Source: Candidatus Microgenomates bacterium
GTDB lineage: Bacteria; Patescibacteriota; Microgenomatia; UBA8517
DNA: 64,000 nt
Reading direction: 5' to 3'
Assembly: GCA_049523135.1 (NCBI GenBank)
Contig: JBEKNE010000001.1
Location: 210,095-274,094 of the forward strand
Shown: positions 9,204 to 18,080 of the stretch, piece after piece
Layout of the letters: each line of letters opens with the position of its first letter
Position numbering within the stretch: position 1 is the stretch's first letter
Notes under the pieces: model-generated
What the model saw: the letters and a program-made list of their open reading frames with translations, nothing else
Databases searched by the model: none
What the model was told of the DNA's origin: nothing
Position numbers and translations under genes: made by a program

Positions 9204-9398
9204 TTAAATATTTCTGAAAATTAGTATGACAACGATTATTACCCCGATCTCAATAGCAATCAATATTTTTTGTTGAGATTTGGATAAACCCGTTAGAAAG
9301 ACCACGAATTTCCGAATCGGCTTTCGTAGAAAATAACCGATCAAGATTGCAACAAAAACAGTAATAACAGTAGTGACCAACACGATTAAAAAATTCAT
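9204..9398 (-). CDS. Small two-TM membrane protein (64 aa), first gene of the antisense cassette
   Basis: Perfect SD (AAAGGAGGTAAA-ATG) on the minus strand; two hydrophobic helices; 13-nt gap to the downstream 116-aa gene. Confidence 0.55.
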   Translation of the reverse strand: MNFLIVLVTTVITVFVAILIGYFLRKPIRKFVVFLTGLSKSQQKILIAIEIGVIIVVILIFRNI

Positions 9399-9670
9399 TT
9401 TACCTCCTTTTTGGTTTGATTGAATGAGTAGCCCTTTAGGTATACCAGGTTACTTTGATATCCAAGGGGCTACCCACTCAAGTTGGAAAGAAAATCCGCA
9501 ATATTTGAAAGTGCAAAACTAAGCCTAAAAAACAAAAATCAGGCTGCAAATTGAGCCTGGCGTTGTTTATTTAGTATCGGGATGCTAGCACAAACAGGAG
9601 GAAAAGTCAAGATTATGGGGTATTGGAAGAACTTCATGGGTAGCTTCAGATTTGGATTTGGATTATAATC

Positions 9671-10960
9671 TTGGAAGTTATGCTTAATTCTGTTGAACAA
9701 TTTTTTATAAAAGCAGTCAGAACTCCTTCTATCAGGAAGAAGCTGATTATCACGGGGATAATTTTGATTGTTTTTAGACTAGCGGCACATATTCCGGCCT
9801 CCGGAATTGATAGAACTACTCTTACGGCGCTTTTTGCGGGTAGCCCGCTTCTTTCCCTTTTGGATGTTTTTTCCGGCGGAACTTTGGCCAATTTTTCAAT
9901 TCTGGCTCTGGGTCTAAACCCTTACATTAATGCTTCGATTATTTTCCAGCTCTTAGGCTACGTTGTTCCTTCAATTGAGGAACTGCAAAAAGAGGGAGAA
10001 TACGGACAGGAAAAAATCAATCAATACACCCGTCTTTTGACAGTACCTCTTAGTGCTCTTCAGGCATTCGGAATGTATGCCCTTTTGAAGGGACAACATG
10101 TAATCTCAAACTTAAGTCCGATTGCGCTTCTTGCACTTGTGATAACAATGACGGCAGGAACAATTTTTGCCGTTTGGCTCGGTGAACTTATTACAGAATA
10201 CGGATTTAAAGACGGAGTTTCAATCCTGATATTTACCGGAATAATAGCCCGTTTGCCGGTTACTTTGACCCAGTCGGCAAGCATTTTCCAGTCTCAGGAT
10301 ATACTTAAGATTGTTATTTTCTTCGCAATAGTGGTACTTCTTGTTGGGCTGATTGTGTTTGTCAGTGAGGCAACGCGCCAGATACCGATTCACTATGCCA
10401 AAAGGCGTACGGAAAGCGGGCTTGCGGCTTCTTCATACTTGCCAATCAGGTTAAATCAGGCGGGAGTCATCCCGATAATTTTTGCAGTTTCCTTGGTTTT
10501 GATGCCTTCTATGATCGGACAATTTTTGGCAAATGTCAGTAATCCCCAGATCGCCGGTTTTGCCCGTTTTTTAACTACAACATTCAGTACGCAGGGAGCC
10601 CTTTATAACGTTGTTTATTTCTTCCTTGTTTTTGGCTTTACATATTTTTACACGGCAGTTGTATTTAGTCCGGAAAAAGTCGCTGAAGATTTGCAAAAAG
10701 GAGGAGGTTTTATTCCGGGAATTAGACCTGGCAAAGAAACGGAGAAATATCTATCTTTTGTCCTTTCAAGAATAACCCTGGTCGGAGGAATTTTCTTGGG
10801 TGCTGTGGCAGTTCTGCCGTCCCTATTCAGAAATTTTGTGGGAACAACCAGCATGGCGGTTGGAGGAACAAGTATTTTAATTATTGTTTCCGTTGCCTTG
10901 CAGGTAATTAGGGAACTTGAAGGGGAACTTGTTATGGAAAGGTATGAGGGATTTCTGTAA
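9671..10960 (+). CDS. secY: Preprotein translocase subunit SecY
   Basis: 10-TM protein with SecY motifs (LGxxPYI.ASII.QLL, GTSxLI); position before adk. Confidence 0.93.
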   Translation: MEVMLNSVEQFFIKAVRTPSIRKKLIITGIILIVFRLAAHIPASGIDRTTLTALFAGSPLLSLLDVFSGGTLANFSILALGLNPYINASIIFQLLGYVVPSIEELQKEGEYGQEKINQYTRLLTVPLSALQAFGMYALLKGQHVISNLSPIALLALVITMTAGTIFAVWLGELITEYGFKDGVSILIFTGIIARLPVTLTQSASIFQSQDILKIVIFFAIVVLLVGLIVFVSEATRQIPIHYAKRRTESGLAASSYLPIRLNQAGVIPIIFAVSLVLMPSMIGQFLANVSNPQIAGFARFLTTTFSTQGALYNVVYFFLVFGFTYFYTAVVFSPEKVAEDLQKGGGFIPGIRPGKETEKYLSFVLSRITLVGGIFLGAVAVLPSLFRNFVGTTSMAVGGTSILIIVSVALQVIRELEGELVMERYEGFL

Positions 10961-10962
10961 AT

Positions 10963-11622
10963 ATGAATATTGTACTTCTTGGTTCTCCGGCATCAGGTAA
11001 AGGGACTCAGGCTGAAATTTTATGCCAAAAATTCGGCCTTTTTCACCTATCAACCGGCAATATCGCCCGCAAGTTAGCCGAAACAGATGAGAGAATAAAA
11101 GAAATGATAAATTCGGGCAAACTTATTCCTCAAGAAGAAATGACGATGCACGTCTTGGATTTTCTGGAACACAACAAACCAAGCTTGAAAGACATTCTTT
11201 TTGAAGGATTTCCAAGATTTATTTCTCAGTATGAGGCCTTGGATAATTTTCTTAAGGATAAAGGTGACGGCATTGATACCGTAATTTCTCTTGAAGTTCC
11301 GATGGAGGTTGCAATCAAGAGAATCTCTGCAAGATGGATGTGTCCGAAAGACGGCGAGATTTTTAATACCGAGACAAAACCACCCCAAAAACCGGGAATT
11401 TGTGATAAATGCAGAAGTACCTTGATTCAACGTGATGATGATAAACCGGAGTCTGTAAAAACAAGGTTTGAATATTATATTCAAAACACAAAAGGGCTGA
11501 TTGACTATGTAGATAAAAAAGGAAAACTTACCAGAGTGGATGGTGATAGACCCATTGAGGACATTGCCAAGGATTTGGAAGAAATAGTTAGAAAGGCTTC
11601 GTTAAATCATGATAAAAATTAA
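10963..11622 (+). CDS. adk: Adenylate kinase (zinc-lid type)
   Basis: P-loop GSPASGKGTQ; LID with CPKDG...CDKC. Confidence 0.93.
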   Translation: MNIVLLGSPASGKGTQAEILCQKFGLFHLSTGNIARKLAETDERIKEMINSGKLIPQEEMTMHVLDFLEHNKPSLKDILFEGFPRFISQYEALDNFLKDKGDGIDTVISLEVPMEVAIKRISARWMCPKDGEIFNTETKPPQKPGICDKCRSTLIQRDDDKPESVKTRFEYYIQNTKGLIDYVDKKGKLTRVDGDRPIEDIAKDLEEIVRKASLNHDKN

Positions 11623-12358
11623 GACTCCTGAGGAAATTCAGATTATGATCGAGGGCGGGGCCAAGCTTGGAAAAGTAAAAAAAGCTCTTGCGGCTGCGGC
11701 TAAGCCCGGAGTTAGTGCGCTTGACATCGAAAATCTGGCAATGAAGCTTATTAAGGAGGAAGGGGCGGAGCCGTCTTTCAATAAAGAGCCTAATTATTAC
11801 TGGGCAACTTGTGTGAACGTCAATGAAGGCATAGTTCACGGAATTCCCACTGCAGATACCGTTTTTAAGGATGGAGATGTGGTCAAAATTGATGTTGGAA
11901 TTTATTACAAAGGCTTCCACACAGATACCTCTATCAGTGTGGGTATTAACCCTTCCCCCGAAAACAAGAAGTTTTTGTATGTGGGAGAGCTGGCTTTGCA
12001 AAAGGCGCTAAAGGAAGTTAAAGAAGGAAACCACCTTTACAGCATTTCCAAGGCTATTGAGGATACTATCGAGGGAGCCGGCTATTCCACGATAAAAGCT
12101 TTGGTCGGGCACGGAGTTGGCAGAAAACTCCATGAAGATCCCCAAATTCCCTGTTTTGTTCCCGGGGGGATTGAGGACGGCCCTATTATAAAGCGCGGAA
12201 TGGTTTTTGCGGTTGAGGTTATGTACGCCGCAGGAAGCGATAAAGTTGAAATCCTGGAAGACGGGTGGACAATTGCCATGCGTGATGGTAAAATGTCAGG
12301 ACTTTTTGAGGATAGTATAGCCGTGACAAAGAAAGGACCCAGGGTTCTAACGAGATGA
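11609..12358 (+). CDS. map: Methionine aminopeptidase type I
   Basis: Pita-bread fold motifs (HGIP, D..DVVKIDVG, GHGVG, E..F.VE). Confidence 0.92.
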   Translation: MIKIKTPEEIQIMIEGGAKLGKVKKALAAAAKPGVSALDIENLAMKLIKEEGAEPSFNKEPNYYWATCVNVNEGIVHGIPTADTVFKDGDVVKIDVGIYYKGFHTDTSISVGINPSPENKKFLYVGELALQKALKEVKEGNHLYSISKAIEDTIEGAGYSTIKALVGHGVGRKLHEDPQIPCFVPGGIEDGPIIKRGMVFAVEVMYAAGSDKVEILEDGWTIAMRDGKMSGLFEDSIAVTKKGPRVLTR

Positions 12359-12570
12359 AGACCAAAAATGTAGTTAATGTTGATGGTTCTGTTTCTCAAG
12401 CCTTACCCAATACAATGTTTAGGGTAGAGCTAGCGGACGGAAGGAGTATTTTGGCGACATTAACAGGGAAGATGCGAAGAGCTTATGTCAGGATTTTCCC
12501 GGGGGACAGGGTCAAGGTCGAAATGACGCCCTACGATGAAAACCGGGGCAGGATTGTTTATAAATATTAA
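12355..12570 (+). CDS. infA: Translation initiation factor IF-1
   Basis: 71 aa S1-like; [26 protein letters not shown]. Confidence 0.93.
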   Translation: MKTKNVVNVDGSVSQALPNTMFRVELADGRSILATLTGKMRRAYVRIFPGDRVKVEMTPYDENRGRIVYKY

Positions 12571-12574
12571 TATC

Positions 12575-12688
12575 ATGAAAGTTTTAAGTTCGATTAAAGT
12601 ACGATGCAAAGATTGCAAGATTGTTAAGCGCAAGGGCGTTTTATACGTTATTTGTAAAAACCCCAAACACAAGCAACGCCAAGGTTAA
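12575..12688 (+). CDS. rpmJ: 50S ribosomal protein L36 (37 aa, zinc ribbon; below ORF-track size cutoff)
   Basis: Manual translation [37 protein letters not shown], classic L36 C..C..C..H pattern, between infA and rpsM. Confidence 0.9.
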   Translation: MKVLSSIKVRCKDCKIVKRKGVLYVICKNPKHKQRQG

Positions 12689-12698
12689 TCTTTAATTT

Positions 12699-13115
12699 AT
12701 GACAAGAATCGCCGGAATTGATTTACAGGACAGTTGGAAAGTTGATTACGCCTTAACCAAAATTAGAGGGATTGGTTGGGCGTTGTCAAGGAAAATTATG
12801 AAAGATGCCGGAATCGATCATAAAAAAAGAGTGTCGGAACTAACCGGCGATGAGGTTGCCAAAATCGGGGTTGAACTTGAAAAATATCAAATAGAAGGTG
12901 ACCTTATTAGAACAGTAAAAGCCAATATTCAAAGATTGCAGGTAATCGGTTCTTACCGGGGAATGAGGCATACCAGAGGTTTGCCGGTAAGAGGGCAAAG
13001 AACAAGAACAAATGCGCGTACAAAACGCGGTAAGAGAAAAACAGTAGGAGCTTTCAAGAAGGAAATTCTTTCTAAAATGAGTGCAGGCAAGACTGAGGAG
13101 GAAAAGAAAAAATAA
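12699..13115 (+). CDS. rpsM: 30S ribosomal protein S13
   Basis: MTRIAGIDL... typical S13 start (ARIAGV.IP); basic C-terminal tail. Confidence 0.93.
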   Translation: MTRIAGIDLQDSWKVDYALTKIRGIGWALSRKIMKDAGIDHKKRVSELTGDEVAKIGVELEKYQIEGDLIRTVKANIQRLQVIGSYRGMRHTRGLPVRGQRTRTNARTKRGKRKTVGAFKKEILSKMSAGKTEEEKKK

Positions 13116-13122
13116 CTAGGAT

Positions 13123-13503
13123 ATGGCAACTAAAACAAAAAGAGCTAACAAGGAAGTAGGTTTGGCAAGGGTTTATATTTCCGCTTCTTTCAATAATACT
13201 TTAGTAACGGTAACCAATACTCTCGGTGAAACTTTGGCATGGGGTTCATCCGGAGCCTCCGGCTTTAAAGGAACGAGACGTGCTACCCCTTTTGCAGCCA
13301 CAACTGCAGTTGAAAAAGTTATTAATAAAGCAAAAAGTGAATTTGGAGTTAACGAAGTTGAAATTTATGTTAAGGGACCAGGTGCAGGCCGCGATGCGGC
13401 TCTTCGGGCAATTAAGGCGGCAGGGGTAAAGATTTCTTTGATTGCAGATATTACACCGGTTCCTCATAACGGACCGAGACCGAAGAAGAAACGCAGAGTC
13501 TAA
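13123..13503 (+). CDS. rpsK: 30S ribosomal protein S11
   Basis: GLARVYISASFNNTLVTVTN...GFKGTRRATPFAA typical S11. Confidence 0.95.
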   Translation: MATKTKRANKEVGLARVYISASFNNTLVTVTNTLGETLAWGSSGASGFKGTRRATPFAATTAVEKVINKAKSEFGVNEVEIYVKGPGAGRDAALRAIKAAGVKISLIADITPVPHNGPRPKKKRRV

Positions 13504-13519
13504 AAATCAGAATTTAATT

Positions 13520-14119
13520 ATGGCAAAATACGTAGGACCAAAAGACAGATTAAGCAGACGCGAAGCCTTTGATATTTTTGGAGCGGGAGCAAAGTTAACC
13601 AGACTTCAGGTTCCCCCCGGAGTTCATGGGCCGAAAGGCGTCAGGGGTTCTTCCCGATATGGCCAGCAGCTAAGGGAAAAACAAAAGGTAAAACGACTTT
13701 ATGGAATTTTGGAGAAGCAGTTTAGGAAATATGCCGAAGAAGCTTTTAAGACTAAAGGTAATACAGGAGAAGCTCTTCTTGTGAATCTTGAAAGACGTCT
13801 TGACAATGTTATCTACCGACTTGGTTTTGCTCCGAGTAGACCCAGTGCCCGCCAGATTGTTTCCCACAGACATGTTCTAGTAAACGGTAAGAAAGTTAAT
13901 ATTCCTTCTTACAGGCTGTCCGTTGGTGATACGGTTAGCCTGGACTCGAAAGCTTCCGGCATTCCTGAGGTTGGCAAAGTCGTTGAGCGGAAAGATTTTA
14001 AGATCCCTTCATGGTTGGAAAAGAAAGCCTTGGTCGGAAAAGTTGCGGCATTACCCAAAAGAGAAGATATAACTGAACCTATCAGTGAGCAGGATATAGT
14101 TGAATTCTATTCCAGGTAA
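13520..14119 (+). CDS. rpsD: 30S ribosomal protein S4
   Basis: MAKYVGPKDRLSRRE start (ATG 13520; the ORF-track start at 13442 is an upstream extension overlapping rpsK); S4 domain LERRLDNVIYRLGFA. Confidence 0.9.
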   Translation: MAKYVGPKDRLSRREAFDIFGAGAKLTRLQVPPGVHGPKGVRGSSRYGQQLREKQKVKRLYGILEKQFRKYAEEAFKTKGNTGEALLVNLERRLDNVIYRLGFAPSRPSARQIVSHRHVLVNGKKVNIPSYRLSVGDTVSLDSKASGIPEVGKVVERKDFKIPSWLEKKALVGKVAALPKREDITEPISEQDIVEFYSR

Positions 14120-14169
14120 GGTTATAATACACCCTAGTCTTAAAGTTAAGACTGTATTTTGAAAGAAAA

Positions 14170-15087
14170 ATGAACGAGCCCATGTTTGAAATTAAAGAAG
14201 AAAAGAAAGAAGCTGGTTACGGCAGGTTTGCCATTACGCCTTTGGAACAAGGTTATGGTTTAACTATCGGAAACTCGATTAGACGGGTTCTTTTGACCTC
14301 ACTTCCGGGAGTTGCCGTCACTTCAGTTAAAATTGCCAGTGTTAAACACCAGTTCTCTACTCTAAGCGGGATGAAAGAAGATATTGTTGAGTTTATTCTT
14401 AACCTCAAAAAAGTCAGATTTTCAGGAAATACCGATAAACCCGTTAAAGCTTCCTTGGAAGTTACAAAAGCGGGGGAATTTACTGCGGCAGAAATTAAAG
14501 TCGGTGGTGGAATTAAAGTTGCCAATCCTGAACTCGTTCTTGGAACCTTGGATAAAGGATCCAAACTTTCCGCAGAAATTGTAGTTGAGACTGGAGTTGG
14601 TTATTCTCCCGCAGAGGATAGACCTTCCGAAACAATCGGCCTTATTCCGGTTGACGCTTCCTTCTCACCTGTAAAGAGAGTTAGCTATAAGATTGAGGAA
14701 ACCCGTGTCGGTCGTCTTACAAATTACGATAAACTCATTATGGAAGTTTGGACAGACGGCACAATGGATGCCAAAAATGCTTTAGTTGAATCCGCAAAGA
14801 TCTTAATGGGTTATTTTGCTCAAGTAGTTAACCCCAAGAAAGTTGAAAAACAAGCAGAAGCTCCCAAAGATGAATTGGGACTAACCGGCAAACTTTCGGT
14901 TGAGGAAATCGGACTTCCTACAAGAGTTGCAAATGCTTTAATCAAAGCCGGTTTTGAAACGGTTGAAGATTTGGCTCACGCGAAGAAAGAAGATTTGGTA
15001 AAAGTCAGAAATCTTGGCGAAAAATCCCTCAAAATTGTAGCAGCTGCACTCGGAACAAAAGGAGTCGAGTTCCCCGCTATTAAGTAA
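14170..15087 (+). CDS. rpoA: DNA-directed RNA polymerase subunit alpha
   Basis: N-terminal domain (GYGxTIGNSLRRVLLSSLPG) and C-terminal domain (LGLPTRVANALIKAGFETVEDL). Confidence 0.93.
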   Translation: MNEPMFEIKEEKKEAGYGRFAITPLEQGYGLTIGNSIRRVLLTSLPGVAVTSVKIASVKHQFSTLSGMKEDIVEFILNLKKVRFSGNTDKPVKASLEVTKAGEFTAAEIKVGGGIKVANPELVLGTLDKGSKLSAEIVVETGVGYSPAEDRPSETIGLIPVDASFSPVKRVSYKIEETRVGRLTNYDKLIMEVWTDGTMDAKNALVESAKILMGYFAQVVNPKKVEKQAEAPKDELGLTGKLSVEEIGLPTRVANALIKAGFETVEDLAHAKKEDLVKVRNLGEKSLKIVAAALGTKGVEFPAIK

Positions 15088-15091
15088 AACT

Positions 15092-15547
15092 ATGAACAAG
15101 AAAGTGTTCGGAAGAAAACTTTCCCGCAGTCGACCGGCCAGGGAGGCATTATTTGCAACTTTGGCTAAGGCTCTGATTATAAACGGGAAGATAGTTACCA
15201 CCCGCGCAAAAGCAAAGGCGGTTATCGGCAGTGTAGAAAAAATGGTTAGTTTGGCAAAGAAGGGTGATATTTCGGGTAGAAGGCATGTTTTGGGAGAGCT
15301 TGATAATGACAGAAAAGTAACGGATATGCTATTTCAGAAGGTTGCAAAAGCTTTTCCGGATAGAAACTCCGGGTTTATAAGAGTAATTTCTCTTCCAAGA
15401 CGCGTTGGGGATAACGCTCAGATGGTTAGAATGGAATGGACGGAAAAGATTGAATACGAGAGTAAAAAAGTTGAAGCCAAAAAAGAAGAACCCAAGAAAG
15501 TGGTTAAAAAAGTTGCCAAAAAGACAGCAAAAACTGCTAAAAAATAA
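15092..15547 (+). CDS. rplQ: 50S ribosomal protein L17 (Lys-rich C-terminal tail)
   Basis: L17 core (...RRHVLGELDNDRKVTDMLF..GFIRVISLPRRVGDNAQM); follows rpoA. Confidence 0.9.
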   Translation: MNKKVFGRKLSRSRPAREALFATLAKALIINGKIVTTRAKAKAVIGSVEKMVSLAKKGDISGRRHVLGELDNDRKVTDMLFQKVAKAFPDRNSGFIRVISLPRRVGDNAQMVRMEWTEKIEYESKKVEAKKEEPKKVVKKVAKKTAKTAKK

Positions 15548-15963
15548 TGAAAACATTTCAACCAACACCTAAAGACATAAAGAAAGAATGGCACTTAGTA
15601 GATGCAAAAGATCAAATATTGGGTAGACTTTCCACTGAGATTGCAGGACTTTTGATGGGTAAGGGTAAAACTACTTTTAGCCGTCATATGGATTCCGGAG
15701 ATTACGTAGTTGTGATTAATGCCGAAAAAATTATGGTAACCGGCAGGAAAGCTTCCCAAAAAGTTTATAGAAGTCATTCGGGGTATCCAAGCGGATTTAA
15801 GGAAAAGAAATATAGTACCGTGATGGAAAAAAATCCTGAAAGAATAATTGAGCATGCAGTTGCCGGTATGATTCCGGAAAACCGTTTGAAGAATGAAAGA
15901 ATGCTAAGATTGAAAGTTGTTGCGGGAGATAAGAATCCGTACGAAGCAAAATTTAATAAATAA
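15547..15963 (+). CDS. rplM: 50S ribosomal protein L13
   Basis: KEWHLVDAKDQILGRLSTEIAGLL... typical L13. Confidence 0.93.
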   Translation: MKTFQPTPKDIKKEWHLVDAKDQILGRLSTEIAGLLMGKGKTTFSRHMDSGDYVVVINAEKIMVTGRKASQKVYRSHSGYPSGFKEKKYSTVMEKNPERIIEHAVAGMIPENRLKNERMLRLKVVAGDKNPYEAKFNK

Positions 15964-15964
15964 T

Positions 15965-16375
15965 ATGGCAAGAACAAAAAAGATTGATTATACATATGGA
16001 GTTGGTCGTAGAAAAGAAAGCACAGTTCGTGTCAGGCTTTTCCGTGGAAAAGGCGAAAATACAGTTAACAGTATGCCTGCGGAGAAATATTTCCCGGGTG
16101 AAATTGCCAAGAAAGCTTTGGCTAAACCCTTCGGTGCGACTGAAACTTCTGACAAATATTATTATTCAGCAAGAGTTTCCGGAGGAGGCAAAGAAGGACA
16201 GCTTGAAGCTTTGGTATTGGGGATTTCCAGAACTTTAGTCAAAGTTGCTCCGGATAAAAATAGGGTAACTCTCAGAAAACTTGATCTTTTAACCCGTGAT
16301 TCGCGTACAAGACAAAGAAGAATGGTGGGAATGGGTGGTAAATCAAGAAGAAAGAAACAATCTCCAAAGCGTTAA
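15965..16375 (+). CDS. rpsI: 30S ribosomal protein S9
   Basis: MARTKKIDYTYGVGRRKES...; C-terminal ...RDSRTRQRRMVGMGGKSRRKKQSPKR; ATG at 15965. Confidence 0.93.
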   Translation: MARTKKIDYTYGVGRRKESTVRVRLFRGKGENTVNSMPAEKYFPGEIAKKALAKPFGATETSDKYYYSARVSGGGKEGQLEALVLGISRTLVKVAPDKNRVTLRKLDLLTRDSRTRQRRMVGMGGKSRRKKQSPKR

Positions 16376-16414
16376 ACTTCAAAGTTTGTAAGTTTCTTTG
16401 TTATACTTTTAATT

Positions 16415-17515
16415 ATGGAAGGTGGCGTGTCTGAAATTCCAAACGTTTCTCCTGAAAGTAAAGAAATGGAACCTATCACTCTGGAGCAAACTTGTGTTAT
16501 TGGAAGTGTTTTCTATAAAGATTATCAAGTTGAAAATTCGGAAGGCAGTGTCAGGGGACATGAGGCGATTGATTCCTTGATGAAAATTGCAGAAAAAGGC
16601 TATAAGGCAGCAGTAATTATTGGTGAAGGAACTGACCAGAAATTTTTGGACGATTTAAAGAAAAGATTGTCTGGCCTTGGAGATAAAGGAGAAAACATTG
16701 TTTGGCATATTCAAGAAAAACCTGGCTATAGTGAGGCAAGACGGGAATCTGTAATACTTGCTTGGAGCAAATACCCTGAGACAAAGGCTTTCATAATGCA
16801 AGAGATTGAAAAAGATCTGACCAAAGATCAAGGATATGAGAAATTCTTGGATGCCCTTTCCGATAATAAAATTTTGGTAATGATGAATAGGGGCATAGAT
16901 GCTCCCTATAATGGAAATTATTTTTCTGATGCGAATATACCAAAAGAGCAGTTTTGGGGAGAAAGACATCAAAATATTGAAATGGCTGGTCAAGAAAATG
17001 CCGCGGGATTGACCAAGAAGGAACATGATTGGGACAGATTAAGTGATACACGTGCTATAAGAAATGAAGAAATAGAAATCGGAAACACAAAGATTAATCC
17101 GGCGGACTTGATACTTTTAAAATATCAATACGTAGACGGTTACAACGAGGGTGATAGAAAAAATAAGATAGATGCTTATTCGGCAGCAGTTTACAATATG
17201 GTCCCAATTTTGGAAGCATTAGGATTTGAAGATCAAATGGCAGAGGCTCCGATAAAATATGCTCATTCGGAAAAACAAAGAGAACAAGAAGAGGGTAACC
17301 CCGTTTTTAGAGCAAAAAGATTGGGACATAAAGTAGATCTGCCTGCTATTAATTTTGATATTGTTGCCAATATTGTGGAATGGAAAAAAGAAGGCAAATG
17401 GCCGTCGATTTTACTCGAAGCGATTAAAGGCGACCATACGCTAAATATAAAACACTTCAATGAAGATGATTATAGTTTGACTGGGACTATTTTAAGAAAG
17501 AATCCGGCTTTCTAA
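16415..17515 (+). CDS. Hypothetical protein (366 aa) appended to the r-protein cluster; no recognizable domain
   Basis: Long clean ORF 40 nt after rpsI. No motif recognized by eye; likely soluble. Confidence 0.55.
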   Translation: MEGGVSEIPNVSPESKEMEPITLEQTCVIGSVFYKDYQVENSEGSVRGHEAIDSLMKIAEKGYKAAVIIGEGTDQKFLDDLKKRLSGLGDKGENIVWHIQEKPGYSEARRESVILAWSKYPETKAFIMQEIEKDLTKDQGYEKFLDALSDNKILVMMNRGIDAPYNGNYFSDANIPKEQFWGERHQNIEMAGQENAAGLTKKEHDWDRLSDTRAIRNEEIEIGNTKINPADLILLKYQYVDGYNEGDRKNKIDAYSAAVYNMVPILEALGFEDQMAEAPIKYAHSEKQREQEEGNPVFRAKRLGHKVDLPAINFDIVANIVEWKKEGKWPSILLEAIKGDHTLNIKHFNEDDYSLTGTILRKNPAF

Positions 17516-17542
17516 AGAGGGGATAGAGGGATAATTTTATAT

Positions 17543-17770
17543 TTATACTTTTGGGGCAAATTTTTTCTGTCTTTGAAGAAATGATATATGTCTTTTTTCC
17601 TGTTCTTGAGCCAAAAATATTTCAACTTTTTTCTGACATTCAGGGTCAGGACACGAAGTTTCCTGATAGGTAACAACACTGTTTCCGATTTTTTCCGTTC
17701 TTGTTGAAACAACAATTCTTTGCTTTCCGCACTTAACACAAACACTTGGGTTATTTTTATTAGTAACCAT
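17543..17770 (-). CDS. Small zinc-ribbon protein (75 aa; CxxC...CxxC)
   Basis: CVKCGK ... CPDPEC; antisense orientation; alternative-frame ORF 17512..17745 rejected. Confidence 0.45.
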   Translation of the reverse strand: MVTNKNNPSVCVKCGKQRIVVSTRTEKIGNSVVTYQETSCPDPECQKKVEIFLAQEQEKRHISFLQRQKKFAPKV

Positions 17771-17916
17771 TTATTTGCCTAAATATGCGCTTTTAAGATA
17801 AATGGATAATTTATGTGAGGATCTTACCAATGAATCTGTAAGTGAATTATTTAAACTAATCTCATTATACCACTCTTTACTTTGATAAGTGGGATTTGCT
17901 ATGCGGAAGACAATTA

Positions 17917-17945
17917 TTGGCCAAATCGAAATGAAATGTTAAAAT
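17917..17945 (+). promoter_or_regulatory. Candidate promoter for the tRNA-like gene (TTGGCC - 17 - TAAAAT)
   Basis: -10 TAAAAT at 17940-17945, 8 nt before the predicted tRNA 5' end. Confidence 0.35.
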
Positions 17946-17953
17946 ACGCATTA

Positions 17954-18024
17954 CGGGGTGTAGTTCACCGGTAGAATGGGCGCACGGGGTGCGTCCGAAC
18001 TGAGTCCAATTCTCAGCACCCCGA
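17954..18024 (+). tRNA. tRNA-Pro(GGG)-like gene, 71 nt, no encoded CCA, non-canonical C33 and C55 in my hand fold
   Basis: Cloverleaf folds as acceptor CGGGGTG/CACCCCG plus A73 (typical tRNA-Pro), D arm GTTC-ACCGGTA-GAAT, anticodon arm GGCGC-ACGGGGT-GCGTC, 4-nt variable loop, T arm CTGAG-TCCAATT-CTCAG. A14, G18G19, A21 and G53-C61 are conserved. The odd loop positions may mean a degenerate copy. Confidence 0.5.
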
Positions 18025-18080
18025 CTATAGGGTATTAAGTAGGTATTGACTTCGTATTTCCTTCGGGGTGACAATTAAAT

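Noticed and set aside
13442-13519. ORF-track N-terminal extension of rpsD (MQILHRFLITDRDRRRNAESKNQNLI...)
   Set aside because: It overlaps the end of rpsK in another frame; the canonical S4 start MAKYVGPK with an upstream AT-rich spacer sits at 13520.
17877-18074. 65-aa minus ORF overlapping the tRNA-like element
   Set aside because: It is antisense to a well-folding tRNA cloverleaf and its promoter, with no SD.
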